The notes under the pieces were generated by a model. The model saw nothing but the letters and a program-made list of their open reading frames with translations. It had not been told where the DNA came from and did no database searches. Of a DNA stretch of 18,182 nt, positions 1-8,241 are shown in pieces. Position 1 is the stretch's first letter. Each line of letters starts with the position of its first letter. Source of the DNA: Roseibacillus sp. GTDB lineage: Bacteria; Verrucomicrobiota; Verrucomicrobiia; Verrucomicrobiales; Akkermansiaceae. Both the position numbers and the translations under genes were made by a program. The stretch spans positions 1-18,182 of the forward strand of contig CBDEUM010000036.1 in assembly GCA_965242925.1 (NCBI GenBank), written 5' to 3'.

Positions 1-6
1 AGGGGG

Positions 7-1099
7 TTAACGGCCAGGGACGTAAATTTCAGAACCCTTCGCAAGGACGAGAGTGCTTCTGAAGTTCCATCCGTTGAGAGCGTTCAGTTGCTCCGGCGTA
101 GTGCCATGTCTCTTGGCAAAGTCGCCAAAGGAGACCTCCTCGGTGACAAAGACGGATGATATGGTCTTGGGCATGAAAACCTTTTGCCGGGTCTCTTTCT
201 TCTGCTGAGAGTAGGAAGGATCAGGTTTGGGTGCGGGAGCCGACTTTTTCACCGGAGGAGCGGGTTTCGTTCTGGGTGCAGGCTGCGACTTGGGAGTGGG
301 AGCCTGTTTCTTTATCTTGAGGGCAGGTTGCGTCTTGGGAGCAGGAGCTTTCTTCTCTTCCGCCGTCCTGACGGAGGAGCTCTTTGCAGTGGGAGTTGGT
401 GTCTGTGCTTTCTGTCCGTGAGTACTGATGGTGTGATTCCTGGGGTGGGGGAACAGCAGCAACCTTGCCGGTCACCGTGATTGTCTGACCTGCGACGATT
501 TTGTCCGCAATGTCCGGATTGAGACGACGGAGGTCGTCAACCGCTACCTTATGTCGCCGGGCGATTCCATAGAGCGTGTCGCCGCGTTCGACAGTATAGT
601 TGTGTGCATCAGCTGGAACTTTGGAGGCAGGCTTGGACTCCGGCCGGGGTTGGGAAATCTGATTCGCTACGACCTTTTCGGGGACCGGGATGGCTTTGGG
701 AATGGCAGTCTTTTCGGGGGGAGACGCTTTTTCCGGGAGAGTCAGTTTCTGGCCGATAGGGAGGCGAGTGGGGTCGGTGATCCCATTGGTTTTCATGAGG
801 GTGTCCACCGATGTATTGTAGCGACGGGCGATGGAGGAAAGCGTGTCGCCGGTATTTACGGTGCAGGTTTCCTGAGATTTCGGTGACCCGGCGGACCTGG
901 CGCCGGCATCTGCACCACGAGCCCGGCGGCGTTCCAGAGCGAGTTGGCTATGGAGATTCTCTATATCGGTCTCCAGAGTCCGGATTTGACGTTCCTGCTC
1001 GCTGCAACGGGCACGGAGAATTTCCAGTTCGCTACGGCCCTCGGCGAGCAAACTGGCCGGACCGAGGAGGACACTTAAGGCAAAGGCAAGGGATCTCAT
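7..1099 (-). CDS. Secreted LysM peptidoglycan-binding protein (signal peptide, coiled coil, 3 LysM domains), interrupted by a +1 frameshift near 441-451
   Basis: ORF 221..1123 gives signal peptide MRSLAFALSVLLGPASLLA (ATG 1099), a coiled coil and two LysM motifs (TVNTGDTLSSIARRYN...; YTVERGDTLYGIARRHK...). Overlapping ORF 7..462 continues with a Pro/Lys/Ala linker and a third, divergent LysM (SFGDFAKRHGTTPEQLNALNG...GSEIYVP). Removing one base joins them into about 363 aa. Confidence 0.85.
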
Positions 1100-1147
1100 G
1101 ATAAGGGTGTTATTATTTTTCAAATTTTAATAGATCGGTCAAACAAA

Positions 1148-1180
1148 ATTTTAACATTTCCGAAATATTTGGGAAATGTT
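1148..1180 (-). promoter_or_regulatory. Candidate extended -10 promoter (TGtTAAAAT, 1156-1148) overlapped by a 28-bp palindrome (1153-1180)
   Basis: AT-rich intergenic island. AACATTTCCgAAATATTTgGGAAATGTT is self-complementary except for one G/G pair. Confidence 0.5.
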
Positions 1181-1224
1181 CCCACTCCTGTTAAGAATTG
1201 GAGCCGGTTCAAATTGGGACCGTA

Positions 1225-3708
1225 TCAGGCGTTTTCCCTGGAATCCGCCTGATCATCATCGTCGGTCGGCAGAATATGGCGGACGAAGGCGCTCGGAACC
1301 CAACCGCGGACATGATTGGCAAGCTCAATATAGGTCCAGGGCCCCCGGGTGGCGATGGGGCGGCAGAGGCTCCCGGGTGGCACCTCAATGACCTTGTGGC
1401 TGCCGTCGGAGGCTTTGCCATCTTCACTGATGGTAGCGGCCTCAGTGCTGGCGAGAATGGGATCCTTGTTGATTGTAGTGGCCTGCTCACTGACGGGAGC
1501 AAACTCGATGTCGCTGGGGTAGAGATGGAGGCACACTGCCCCAGCCAGGGCAACGACCGGTCCCACGGAGAGGCTGGTCAGGAGGAGGCGGCGCATTCCT
1601 TGCACGGCATAGAAGGCCAGGAAAGCGAGGATCACCAGCCATAGGCCACCGGCGATGAGGTTTAGATAGAGCGAGCGTGGTAGTTTCCCGAGCCACCTCT
1701 GGTATCCGGGACGCTCCATGGTGATTGCACCGGTCTTTCGCTTGAGGAATCGCAGGTTCTGTCGCGCTTCAGAGTGTCGGGGATGCCGATGCAGTGCGCG
1801 GCGGTAATAGAGGGTGGCCAAACCCCGTTCACCAAGCCGGAAGTAGCAGTTTCCGATATTATAGAGGACATCGGCAGGCAGGGCGTCATCCTCATGAGCC
1901 TCCTGATAAAGGTGAATGGCGAGATGGTAGGCGTTCTTGTTCCAGGCCGCCTCGGCCTGTTGATAGAGCCGCTGGGGGGGCAGGTCATCTGCGGCTTGTG
2001 CCTCCCCCGGACTGAGGAAGGCGAGGAAAAGAAGAAGGGAGGCGATCTCAAGGGCCCGGCGGCGCAGGTGTTTGATCAAATTAAGCCGTTCGGGATCTCC
2101 CAATTCAGGGTGGTTGCTCCCCCGCTGGTAGCAGTGGAGATCACGTCGGGCGAGGAGTTGTCGGGTTTCTTCGTCACGAGATTCTTCGGGAATCCATTGT
2201 TCGATGAATGCGCCGGTCGCTCGCAGGAAGTCACGGGAACCGGTCCCGGCCTGTTCGATTGAGGTGAGTGCTTGCTGCAGTTCCAGTTCATGTGTGGGCC
2301 GGGCAAAGCGGGGAAGGAGACGAATTCTGAGGACTTGGACAAGAAGGGCGAGGGCGAGGAGAGCAGGGAGCAACTGCCATGAGCGCCAGAGGCCCGGGGG
2401 AGGGGCGGGGGGATCCCTGCTGGGATTGATCAGGCCGAGCGTGCTTTCCATTTCCTCTACCGGGGTGTCGAGATCCGGAAGGATGGCGGTCGCCAGGCCG
2501 GGATCAGGTGTGGAGGGAGCGAGATCAAGGGGAATGGGTTGCGTCGTGGTGGTGATGTATTGCTCGCTATCGGGATCGAAGGAGATGAGTCGATATGGCG
2601 GGATAACCTTCTGGAGACCGTTGGGGCGAATGACCTGGCTGAAGGTCGTCACCCCACTTGCATCAAGGCGGGCACCTTCTCTGGGCAGACGGTGGGGAGG
2701 ATAGCTTTTCCAGTCAGGGGGGTTGCCGGTAAGTTCCGGCGAGGCCAGGGTGTCGAGGTTTCCAGTGCCGGTCACGGTGAGTTGAACCGAGATGGGTTCT
2801 TCCTCACGCAGGCCAGTGGTGTCTGCCCGAACCGCGAGGATGAAGCGGCCTATAGCATTTTGGAATCCCACAGGAGCGGGGTCAGGCAGTGGTCGAGCAG
2901 TAAAGGTGTGTTGCCGTACCGGGAGGTCGAGGGGAACGGGAACGGTGCTGGTAAATCCTCGTTCGGAGATGCGCGCCTGCAGAGTCAGGCGGGCTCGGCC
3001 CGGGCCGATGGAGACCATGCCGTCGTGCAGGGGAGTTATGGCGCTGCGGTAGGCGACTCCGAGGTAGTCCTGTTGCTTCAATCGCGCAGTGGTGATCAGG
3101 ATGTCAGTCCGGGGAATGAGGCTCGAGATGTTGAAGCGCTCGGCGGCCACTCCCTCGTGGGCCAGTTCAGCGATGGTAGCCTTGTCGATCTTGAAGCGGG
3201 CAGGGAGGTAGATCTTGACCTCGGCCGGTGTGGTTTCTCCCTCAAAGCGGGTTCTGCCTGGAAGACAGATCTGACTGGCGAACTGGTATTTATCTCCATG
3301 AACATCCTGCTCGAACCAGGCGTGGTCGGGGAGAGGGGCGACATGGAGTTTGAGTGCCTGAGTGTGCAGGGTGACGCCCTTGTGCTCCATGGAGAAAGGG
3401 GGGATGACATGGGGGCCTTCTTCATAGGAGAGGACGGCATATCGGTAGGTGTAGGTGCGATCCCGGGTGGAGTTGGGAAGAATGGGATCACCGAGAAACT
3501 TGAAGGTGATGTGCTCTGTCTCGGGAACAGCGGGTTGCGTGGCCGGTCTGGTATCGGAGGTCACGGTCACCCATAGCTCCGTCTCTTCCCCTGGCACGGT
3601 GTAGGCCGACCCCAGCCAAGCCTTCAGTTCAAGAGCGGCATGGACAGGGTGCGCACAAGTCAACACTGTGAGTGTGACCAAAGCCGACAGAAAGACTCTT
3701 CCTTGCAT
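1225..3708 (-). CDS. batD: BatD-family protein fused to a C-terminal BatE-like TPR + 2TM + SH3-like module
   Basis: Likely start ATG 3708 (MQGRVFLSALVTLTVLTCAHPVHA signal peptide), 4 nt after the batB stop. Contains BatD-like beta domains (FQNAIGRF...LTVTGTGNL), a TM helix, a TPR (LYNIGNCYFRLGERGLATLYYRRAL), two TMs and an SH3-like end (RGPWTYIELANHVRGWVP). Last gene of the moxR-vWA operon. Confidence 0.85.
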   Translation of the reverse strand: MQGRVFLSALVTLTVLTCAHPVHAALELKAWLGSAYTVPGEETELWVTVTSDTRPATQPAVPETEHITFKFLGDPILPNSTRDRTYTYRYAVLSYEEGPHVIPPFSMEHKGVTLHTQALKLHVAPLPDHAWFEQDVHGDKYQFASQICLPGRTRFEGETTPAEVKIYLPARFKIDKATIAELAHEGVAAERFNISSLIPRTDILITTARLKQQDYLGVAYRSAITPLHDGMVSIGPGRARLTLQARISERGFTSTVPVPLDLPVRQHTFTARPLPDPAPVGFQNAIGRFILAVRADTTGLREEEPISVQLTVTGTGNLDTLASPELTGNPPDWKSYPPHRLPREGARLDASGVTTFSQVIRPNGLQKVIPPYRLISFDPDSEQYITTTTQPIPLDLAPSTPDPGLATAILPDLDTPVEEMESTLGLINPSRDPPAPPPGLWRSWQLLPALLALALLVQVLRIRLLPRFARPTHELELQQALTSIEQAGTGSRDFLRATGAFIEQWIPEESRDEETRQLLARRDLHCYQRGSNHPELGDPERLNLIKHLRRRALEIASLLLFLAFLSPGEAQAADDLPPQRLYQQAEAAWNKNAYHLAIHLYQEAHEDDALPADVLYNIGNCYFRLGERGLATLYYRRALHRHPRHSEARQNLRFLKRKTGAITMERPGYQRWLGKLPRSLYLNLIAGGLWLVILAFLAFYAVQGMRRLLLTSLSVGPVVALAGAVCLHLYPSDIEFAPVSEQATTINKDPILASTEAATISEDGKASDGSHKVIEVPPGSLCRPIATRGPWTYIELANHVRGWVPSAFVRHILPTDDDDQADSRENA

Positions 3709-3712
3709 CACT

Positions 3713-5638
3713 TTACCAGTCTTTCTTGGATCGTTGCCCGCCAAGTGGCTTCAGGGGCAGCAATCTCAGCTCGAAATCCGCATTGTCCCGCAGGATGCGG
3801 CGGGCGAACTCTTCGGGGCTTTCTCCCGGCCGAGGCTTGATAGAGTCGCTGGCAGGCGGCCGGCTTTCTTCATCTCCGGGATTGTTTTTGTCGGGCTTGT
3901 CGGGGGTGGTGGAGGGAGGGTTGTTGGGAGTGGTTGTGTTGTTGTTTTCGGGCGGGGAGTCCGGATTCCTGGCAGGGTTCTTTTCGGGGGATTGTTCTGG
4001 TTTCTGCTTCGGTGGATCCTGGTCCGGATTTGGTTGGTCGGCAGAAGGACCGGCATCGGCGTGCTCCTGACCGTCGAGCCATTTTTCCAGTTCCTTCTTC
4101 ACGTAAGCACGATTTTCCGCGGCTTCCCGATTATCAGGATTGAGAAGGAGAACTTCTTCGAAGTGCAAGATGGAGTCTTTCCAGTGCCGGGGGATGGCAC
4201 TCCCGGCTTTCAAGCGGCGCGTCAGTTGAAACCCCTCGTTGTAGTGCGTGTTGCCCAGGCCGAAGTGAGCCTGTTCCTGGACCCTCCGGTTCCCGGAGAG
4301 AAGTGCCCCCGAGTAGGATTGCGAGGCGGCGTTGTATTTCTGGAGGCGATAGGCCGCGGTGGCGGCGCCCAGCTGGAGCCGCGCTCTACGCTCTCCACGT
4401 GCCCTGAAGATTTCGCTTTCAAAGAGTGTGAACGCCTGCTCGTGATCACCCTTTGCAAGGGCGCGCCCGGCAGCGGTACGGGGAAGAAGGCCTGCCTCGG
4501 CAGGAAAAGCGAAAGCTAACCAGAGTCCGGCCACAGCGAGAGCCGTCATTGAGGGCGAGGAGGGGCGGATGGGTGGGATTCTGCCAGAACGGCGAGCGCT
4601 TGCCCCGGGTGAGGGGTAGTGCCTTGCCCGTTGGAAGCGGAAGCCGGAGTTGAAGAGCATCCCTACGGCGAAAAGTAGCATAGAAGGCGCGAGAAACCAC
4701 TGGAAGTGAGGAGTTGCGATCCGGCGCCTGCGTCCTTCGATCTCAAAGCGTTCGGAGTGCTGAATGGCGATTTCCAGCCTGGAGAGGAAATGGCGTCCGG
4801 CGCCCTCCGAGTAGGCCCCTCCGGTGCTGTCCGCAAGATGGGAAAGGGGTTTGTTTTCCAGGCGGGTGATGACGAGGGTGCCTTCCCGGTCGTGAAAATG
4901 CCCGTCGGTAGAGGCGGAATCCGGAATCACGGTGCCTTGAACGGTGCCGAATCCAGCGGAGAAGATGGTTACCCCTTCGCGGTCTGCCTCGTGAGCTGCC
5001 TGCGTGATGCCTCCGTGATGGGTTTCTCCATCGCTCAGGATGACGAGGGTATTATCCCGCTGTCCGGTCTTGTGGAGTTGCCTGATCGCGAGTCGCACGG
5101 CAGTGGCGAGGTCTGAACCATCGCGCGGAATCCAGTCATTATCCTGGTTCCGGGCATAGTCGAGTTGCTCAAGGGTATCACGGAGGGCACTGTGATCAAT
5201 GGTGAGAGGTGACTGGACCCAGGCCATTCCGGAGAACGCGATGATTCCAATCCGGTCGTGAGGAAAGCGGTCGAGAAGTTCGAGGGCTGAGGCCTTGGCG
5301 GCATGAAAGCGATTGGGGGTGACGTCTTCTGCAAACATCGACCGGGAAACGTCGATGGCGATCATGATATTTCGACCTCTTACGGTGTCCGGTCGTTCCC
5401 GGAATCCGGCACTGGGTGAGGCCAGAGCCACAATGAGGAGGGTCAGTGCCAGCATGAAGGCCGCAAGGGCGAACCACCTGCGCCGGGGAGAGCGGGGATG
5501 ATAGAGGATGGGTCGGAGCCGTTCTGTGATGAAACGGGCCATTTGGTGCCTCTGCCTGCGGGAGGTCAGGATTGCTCCCGCGATCATGATGGGAACGAGC
5601 AGGAGAAGCAGGAAGTATTCTGGGTGGGCGAACGTCAT
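3713..5638 (-). CDS. batB: vWA domain + TPR protein (BatB-BatC fusion)
   Basis: N-terminal MTFAHPEYFLLLLL double-TM, MIDAS DVSRS, DRIGIIAFSG, SPLTIDH and LSDGE motifs. Then TPRs (AHFGLGNTHY...NPDNREAAEN), a P/N/D/Q low-complexity linker and a BatC-like terminal KKDW. Confidence 0.88.
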   Translation of the reverse strand: MTFAHPEYFLLLLLVPIMIAGAILTSRRQRHQMARFITERLRPILYHPRSPRRRWFALAAFMLALTLLIVALASPSAGFRERPDTVRGRNIMIAIDVSRSMFAEDVTPNRFHAAKASALELLDRFPHDRIGIIAFSGMAWVQSPLTIDHSALRDTLEQLDYARNQDNDWIPRDGSDLATAVRLAIRQLHKTGQRDNTLVILSDGETHHGGITQAAHEADREGVTIFSAGFGTVQGTVIPDSASTDGHFHDREGTLVITRLENKPLSHLADSTGGAYSEGAGRHFLSRLEIAIQHSERFEIEGRRRRIATPHFQWFLAPSMLLFAVGMLFNSGFRFQRARHYPSPGASARRSGRIPPIRPSSPSMTALAVAGLWLAFAFPAEAGLLPRTAAGRALAKGDHEQAFTLFESEIFRARGERRARLQLGAATAAYRLQKYNAASQSYSGALLSGNRRVQEQAHFGLGNTHYNEGFQLTRRLKAGSAIPRHWKDSILHFEEVLLLNPDNREAAENRAYVKKELEKWLDGQEHADAGPSADQPNPDQDPPKQKPEQSPEKNPARNPDSPPENNNTTTPNNPPSTTPDKPDKNNPGDEESRPPASDSIKPRPGESPEEFARRILRDNADFELRLLPLKPLGGQRSKKDW

Positions 5639-5644
5639 GGGCGC

Positions 5645-6661
5645 TTATGGAGCAGGGAGCGGAATAAGGGCGAAGGATGTGAGCGGGAGGAATGCCAGGA
5701 GAAAGGCGGCACCGAGAAACCACAGATAGAGTTCCCGGGCGTCGATGACGCTGGCACTGCGGGCATCGCTCTTCTCCAGTTTGTCGATGTTGGCGAAGGT
5801 TTTACGCAGACTTTCCATGGTAGATGCTTCAAAGAATTCCCCATCCGTGATGCGGGCTATTTCGCGCAGGGTAGGGGCGTCGTATTCCTGCCGGGGTTGC
5901 GCGATATCGGCGGGACCAAGTCGGCCCTCGGCAGTTCCTATCGCAATGGTGTAGACCCGCACGCCGAGGGAAGCGGTGGCGCGGGCCGCCTGGAGAGGAT
6001 TCAGGGGGCCCGAATTGCTGGCGCCGTCAGTTACGAGGACCATCACCTTGCTCTTGGCGTCCCGGGAATTCAGGCGGGTGGTGGCGGCGGCGATTGCGGA
6101 ACCGATGGCTGTGCCGTTGGAATCGAGGTCGCCGATTCCGAGTTCCCTGAGACGGTTTACGAGCCAGGAATGATCGAGGGTAACGGGGCAGACCGAGTAG
6201 GGCCTGGCACCAAATGCAATCAAACCGATTCGATCGTCAGGGCGTTGCTGGATGAATCGTTCGATTACCTCCTTGGCTGCAGTCACGCGCTGTTTCTTGC
6301 GACGAAATGTGCCCGATGCATTATCCTCGTAGAAGTCATCGGTCTTCATGGACTCGGAAACATCGAGGGCGACAAGGATATCGATGCCGCTGGAAGAACG
6401 GGTGGTGAGGATATCCCTCCACTGGGGTCGTGCCATTGCGATTCCGCAGGCAAGGAGAGCCAGGGCCAGAAAGAGTGGACTGAAGGCTCCGCTCAGTTCC
6501 CGGGGTCTTGTGCCAACGGAGGAAAGAATGCTGAGGGAAGGGAAGTCGATGCCGGATTCGGAACCCCGGACATTTCTGAGGAAGAGGAGAGGAGGAATGA
6601 GCAGAAGACTGAGAAGCCACCAGGGGTGCTGGAAGGCAAAGTGCTGGAGAAAGTCGCTCAT
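5645..6661 (-). CDS. batA: vWA domain membrane protein BatA
   Basis: FQHPWWLL N-terminal TM, ARPQ, GIDILVALDVSESM (MIDAS), DRIGLIAFG, GTAIGSAI, VLVTDGASNSG, C-terminal TM. The start overlaps the upstream stop (ATGA). Confidence 0.92.
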   Translation of the reverse strand: MSDFLQHFAFQHPWWLLSLLLIPPLLFLRNVRGSESGIDFPSLSILSSVGTRPRELSGAFSPLFLALALLACGIAMARPQWRDILTTRSSSGIDILVALDVSESMKTDDFYEDNASGTFRRKKQRVTAAKEVIERFIQQRPDDRIGLIAFGARPYSVCPVTLDHSWLVNRLRELGIGDLDSNGTAIGSAIAAATTRLNSRDAKSKVMVLVTDGASNSGPLNPLQAARATASLGVRVYTIAIGTAEGRLGPADIAQPRQEYDAPTLREIARITDGEFFEASTMESLRKTFANIDKLEKSDARSASVIDARELYLWFLGAAFLLAFLPLTSFALIPLPAP

Positions 6662-7167
6662 GCTATGTGACGTTCTCGGGTGGACTCGAGTCCCTGGAGG
6701 ATCCGGAGTGAATCGTCGATCATCCGCTCGCTGGTGGAGGGATCTATCCTGCTTGGCCCGTATTTGGCGGAGGCGAGTTCAGAGAGAAGGGGGGCGAGGC
6801 GATCTCTGGCGCCGCCGGGGAGTTTCTGCAGGGCATCGGAACGCAGGAGAAACTCTTCGTGCGTCTGGTAGAGAGCCGGTTCCCTGAGGGTGAGGACAAG
6901 GTAGTGCCGCAGGACGAAAGAAGTTTCGGTAGCGATTTCCGCCAGAGTGAGTTTTGCCAAAAGAGGCCGAAATGCCTCAAGAGCCTCGCTGGAGTCTAGG
7001 AACCAGGTATCGGAAGGGGGAACGGGGGCAGAGTGGCGGAAGAGGAAGCGGATCAGAGCCCAGGTTGTCCCCGCGAGGAGGATCCCCAGTAAAAGCCATC
7101 CCCACCAGGCTACTGCGATGCCCGGGAGGAGCAGGTCGGGATCGGGTATGTCGTGCAGGCCGGACAT
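6658..7167 (-). CDS. DUF4381-like single-TM protein of moxR/bat operons
   Basis: Starts LHDIPDP followed by WWGWLLLG TM. Helical body (VLRHYL...ALYQTHEEFL...AKYG). Lies between DUF58 and batA. Confidence 0.75.
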   Translation of the reverse strand: MSGLHDIPDPDLLLPGIAVAWWGWLLLGILLAGTTWALIRFLFRHSAPVPPSDTWFLDSSEALEAFRPLLAKLTLAEIATETSFVLRHYLVLTLREPALYQTHEEFLLRSDALQKLPGGARDRLAPLLSELASAKYGPSRIDPSTSERMIDDSLRILQGLESTRERHIA

Positions 7168-7259
7168 GAGGACGGGCAGAAATGGTGAAATGGCAAATGA
7201 TTTGAATTCAGAAGGCGGCGTCCCTTAAGAGAGAAGTTTGGCCCGGGATTGTGGGGGGG

Positions 7260-8150
7260 TCAGTGGTTTGAGGAGGCGTGACGCTTCAGGAGGTGATGAA
7301 GGGCCGGAAGGTAGTCGGTCGTGGTGGAGAGGCTGGCGTGATCGATGCCAAATCGTTTGAACTGCCGCTGCATACCTTCGCGGTAGCGCCGGGAGAGCTT
7401 GCGGTAGGCCATGCGGGCATTTGAGTTGGACGTATTGACAATCGTACGGTGACCGGTCTCGCGGTCCCGGAAGAGGACCTTTCCCACATCAGGAAGATCT
7501 TTCTCAAGCGGGTCCGTCAGATGGAGGGCGATGGTCTCGTGCTTGCGGCCAAGGGTAGCGAGCGGTTTGCCAAGGTCAGTATCCAGGAAGTCGGAGATCA
7601 GGAAGACAAGGGCCCGACGACGAACGGAGCGCACCAGGAAGTTGCAGGCAGCTGGCAGGTTGGTTTGCGCCTGGACGGGGTCGGCGGCGAGCACCTCCCG
7701 GACGCTGCGGAGAATCTGCTTGGTGCCCTTGGCGGGCGGAAGGAAGAGGAGGGGTTCGTTGGCGAAGAGCAGCAACCCGGTCTTGTCTCCATTTTCCCGC
7801 GCGCTGAAACCCAGAATGGCGGTGAGTTCGGCGGCGAGTTCCCGCTTGCTGAGATGGTGGCTGCCGAAGAGGGTTGAACCCGAGACGTCCACCGCGAGAA
7901 TCAAGGATAGTTCCCGTTCCTCCCGAAAGGTGCGGATGTAGGGGGTGCCCATCCTGGCCGTCACATTCCAGTCAAGGAAGCGGACTTCATCGCCATGCTG
8001 GTACTCGCGGAACTCACTGAAATCCAGTCCCTGACCCTTGAAGGAGGAGTGGTATTCCCCGGCAAATGCTTCCCGCACAAGTCGCTTGGCCCGGATCTCG
8101 AGATGCCGCACCCGCTTCATGGTTTCTTCAACAGTAGCGGGATCAGGCAT
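7260..8150 (-). CDS. DUF58 domain protein (MoxR partner, vWA-like)
   Basis: GEYHSSFKGQGLDFSEFREYQHGDEVRFLDWNVTAR, FREERE, DVSGS and LISDF signatures. Confidence 0.95.
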   Translation of the reverse strand: MPDPATVEETMKRVRHLEIRAKRLVREAFAGEYHSSFKGQGLDFSEFREYQHGDEVRFLDWNVTARMGTPYIRTFREERELSLILAVDVSGSTLFGSHHLSKRELAAELTAILGFSARENGDKTGLLLFANEPLLFLPPAKGTKQILRSVREVLAADPVQAQTNLPAACNFLVRSVRRRALVFLISDFLDTDLGKPLATLGRKHETIALHLTDPLEKDLPDVGKVLFRDRETGHRTIVNTSNSNARMAYRKLSRRYREGMQRQFKRFGIDHASLSTTTDYLPALHHLLKRHASSNH

Positions 8151-8164
8151 GGAAAGAGAAATCG

Positions 8165-8231
8165 GGTTGTCGGTTTTCAGTCGTCAGATGGGGAGGCGTG
8201 ATTCGAGTCTGATAACCAATAACGGAGAACG
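8165..8231. repeat. Inverted array of degenerate 7-nt repeats forming an imperfect hairpin
   Basis: Left arm GGTTGTC GGTTTTC AGTCGTC AGA; right arm TCT GATAACC AATAACG GAGAACG; 19-nt spacer. Confidence 0.55.
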
Positions 8232-8241
8232 GCAGGTCCCG

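Noticed and set aside
1974..1980. G7/G8 homopolymers (1974-1980, 7253-7259, 12395-12402) as phase-variation tracts
   Set aside because: They are short and expected at this GC content. The coding one is in frame and the others lie downstream of stop codons.
2539..6670. Long plus-strand ORFs (2539..3576, 3668..4519, 5498..6670; also 13839..14834 and 17177..18007)
   Set aside because: Antisense shadows of well-supported minus-strand genes in GC-rich DNA, with no recognisable motifs.
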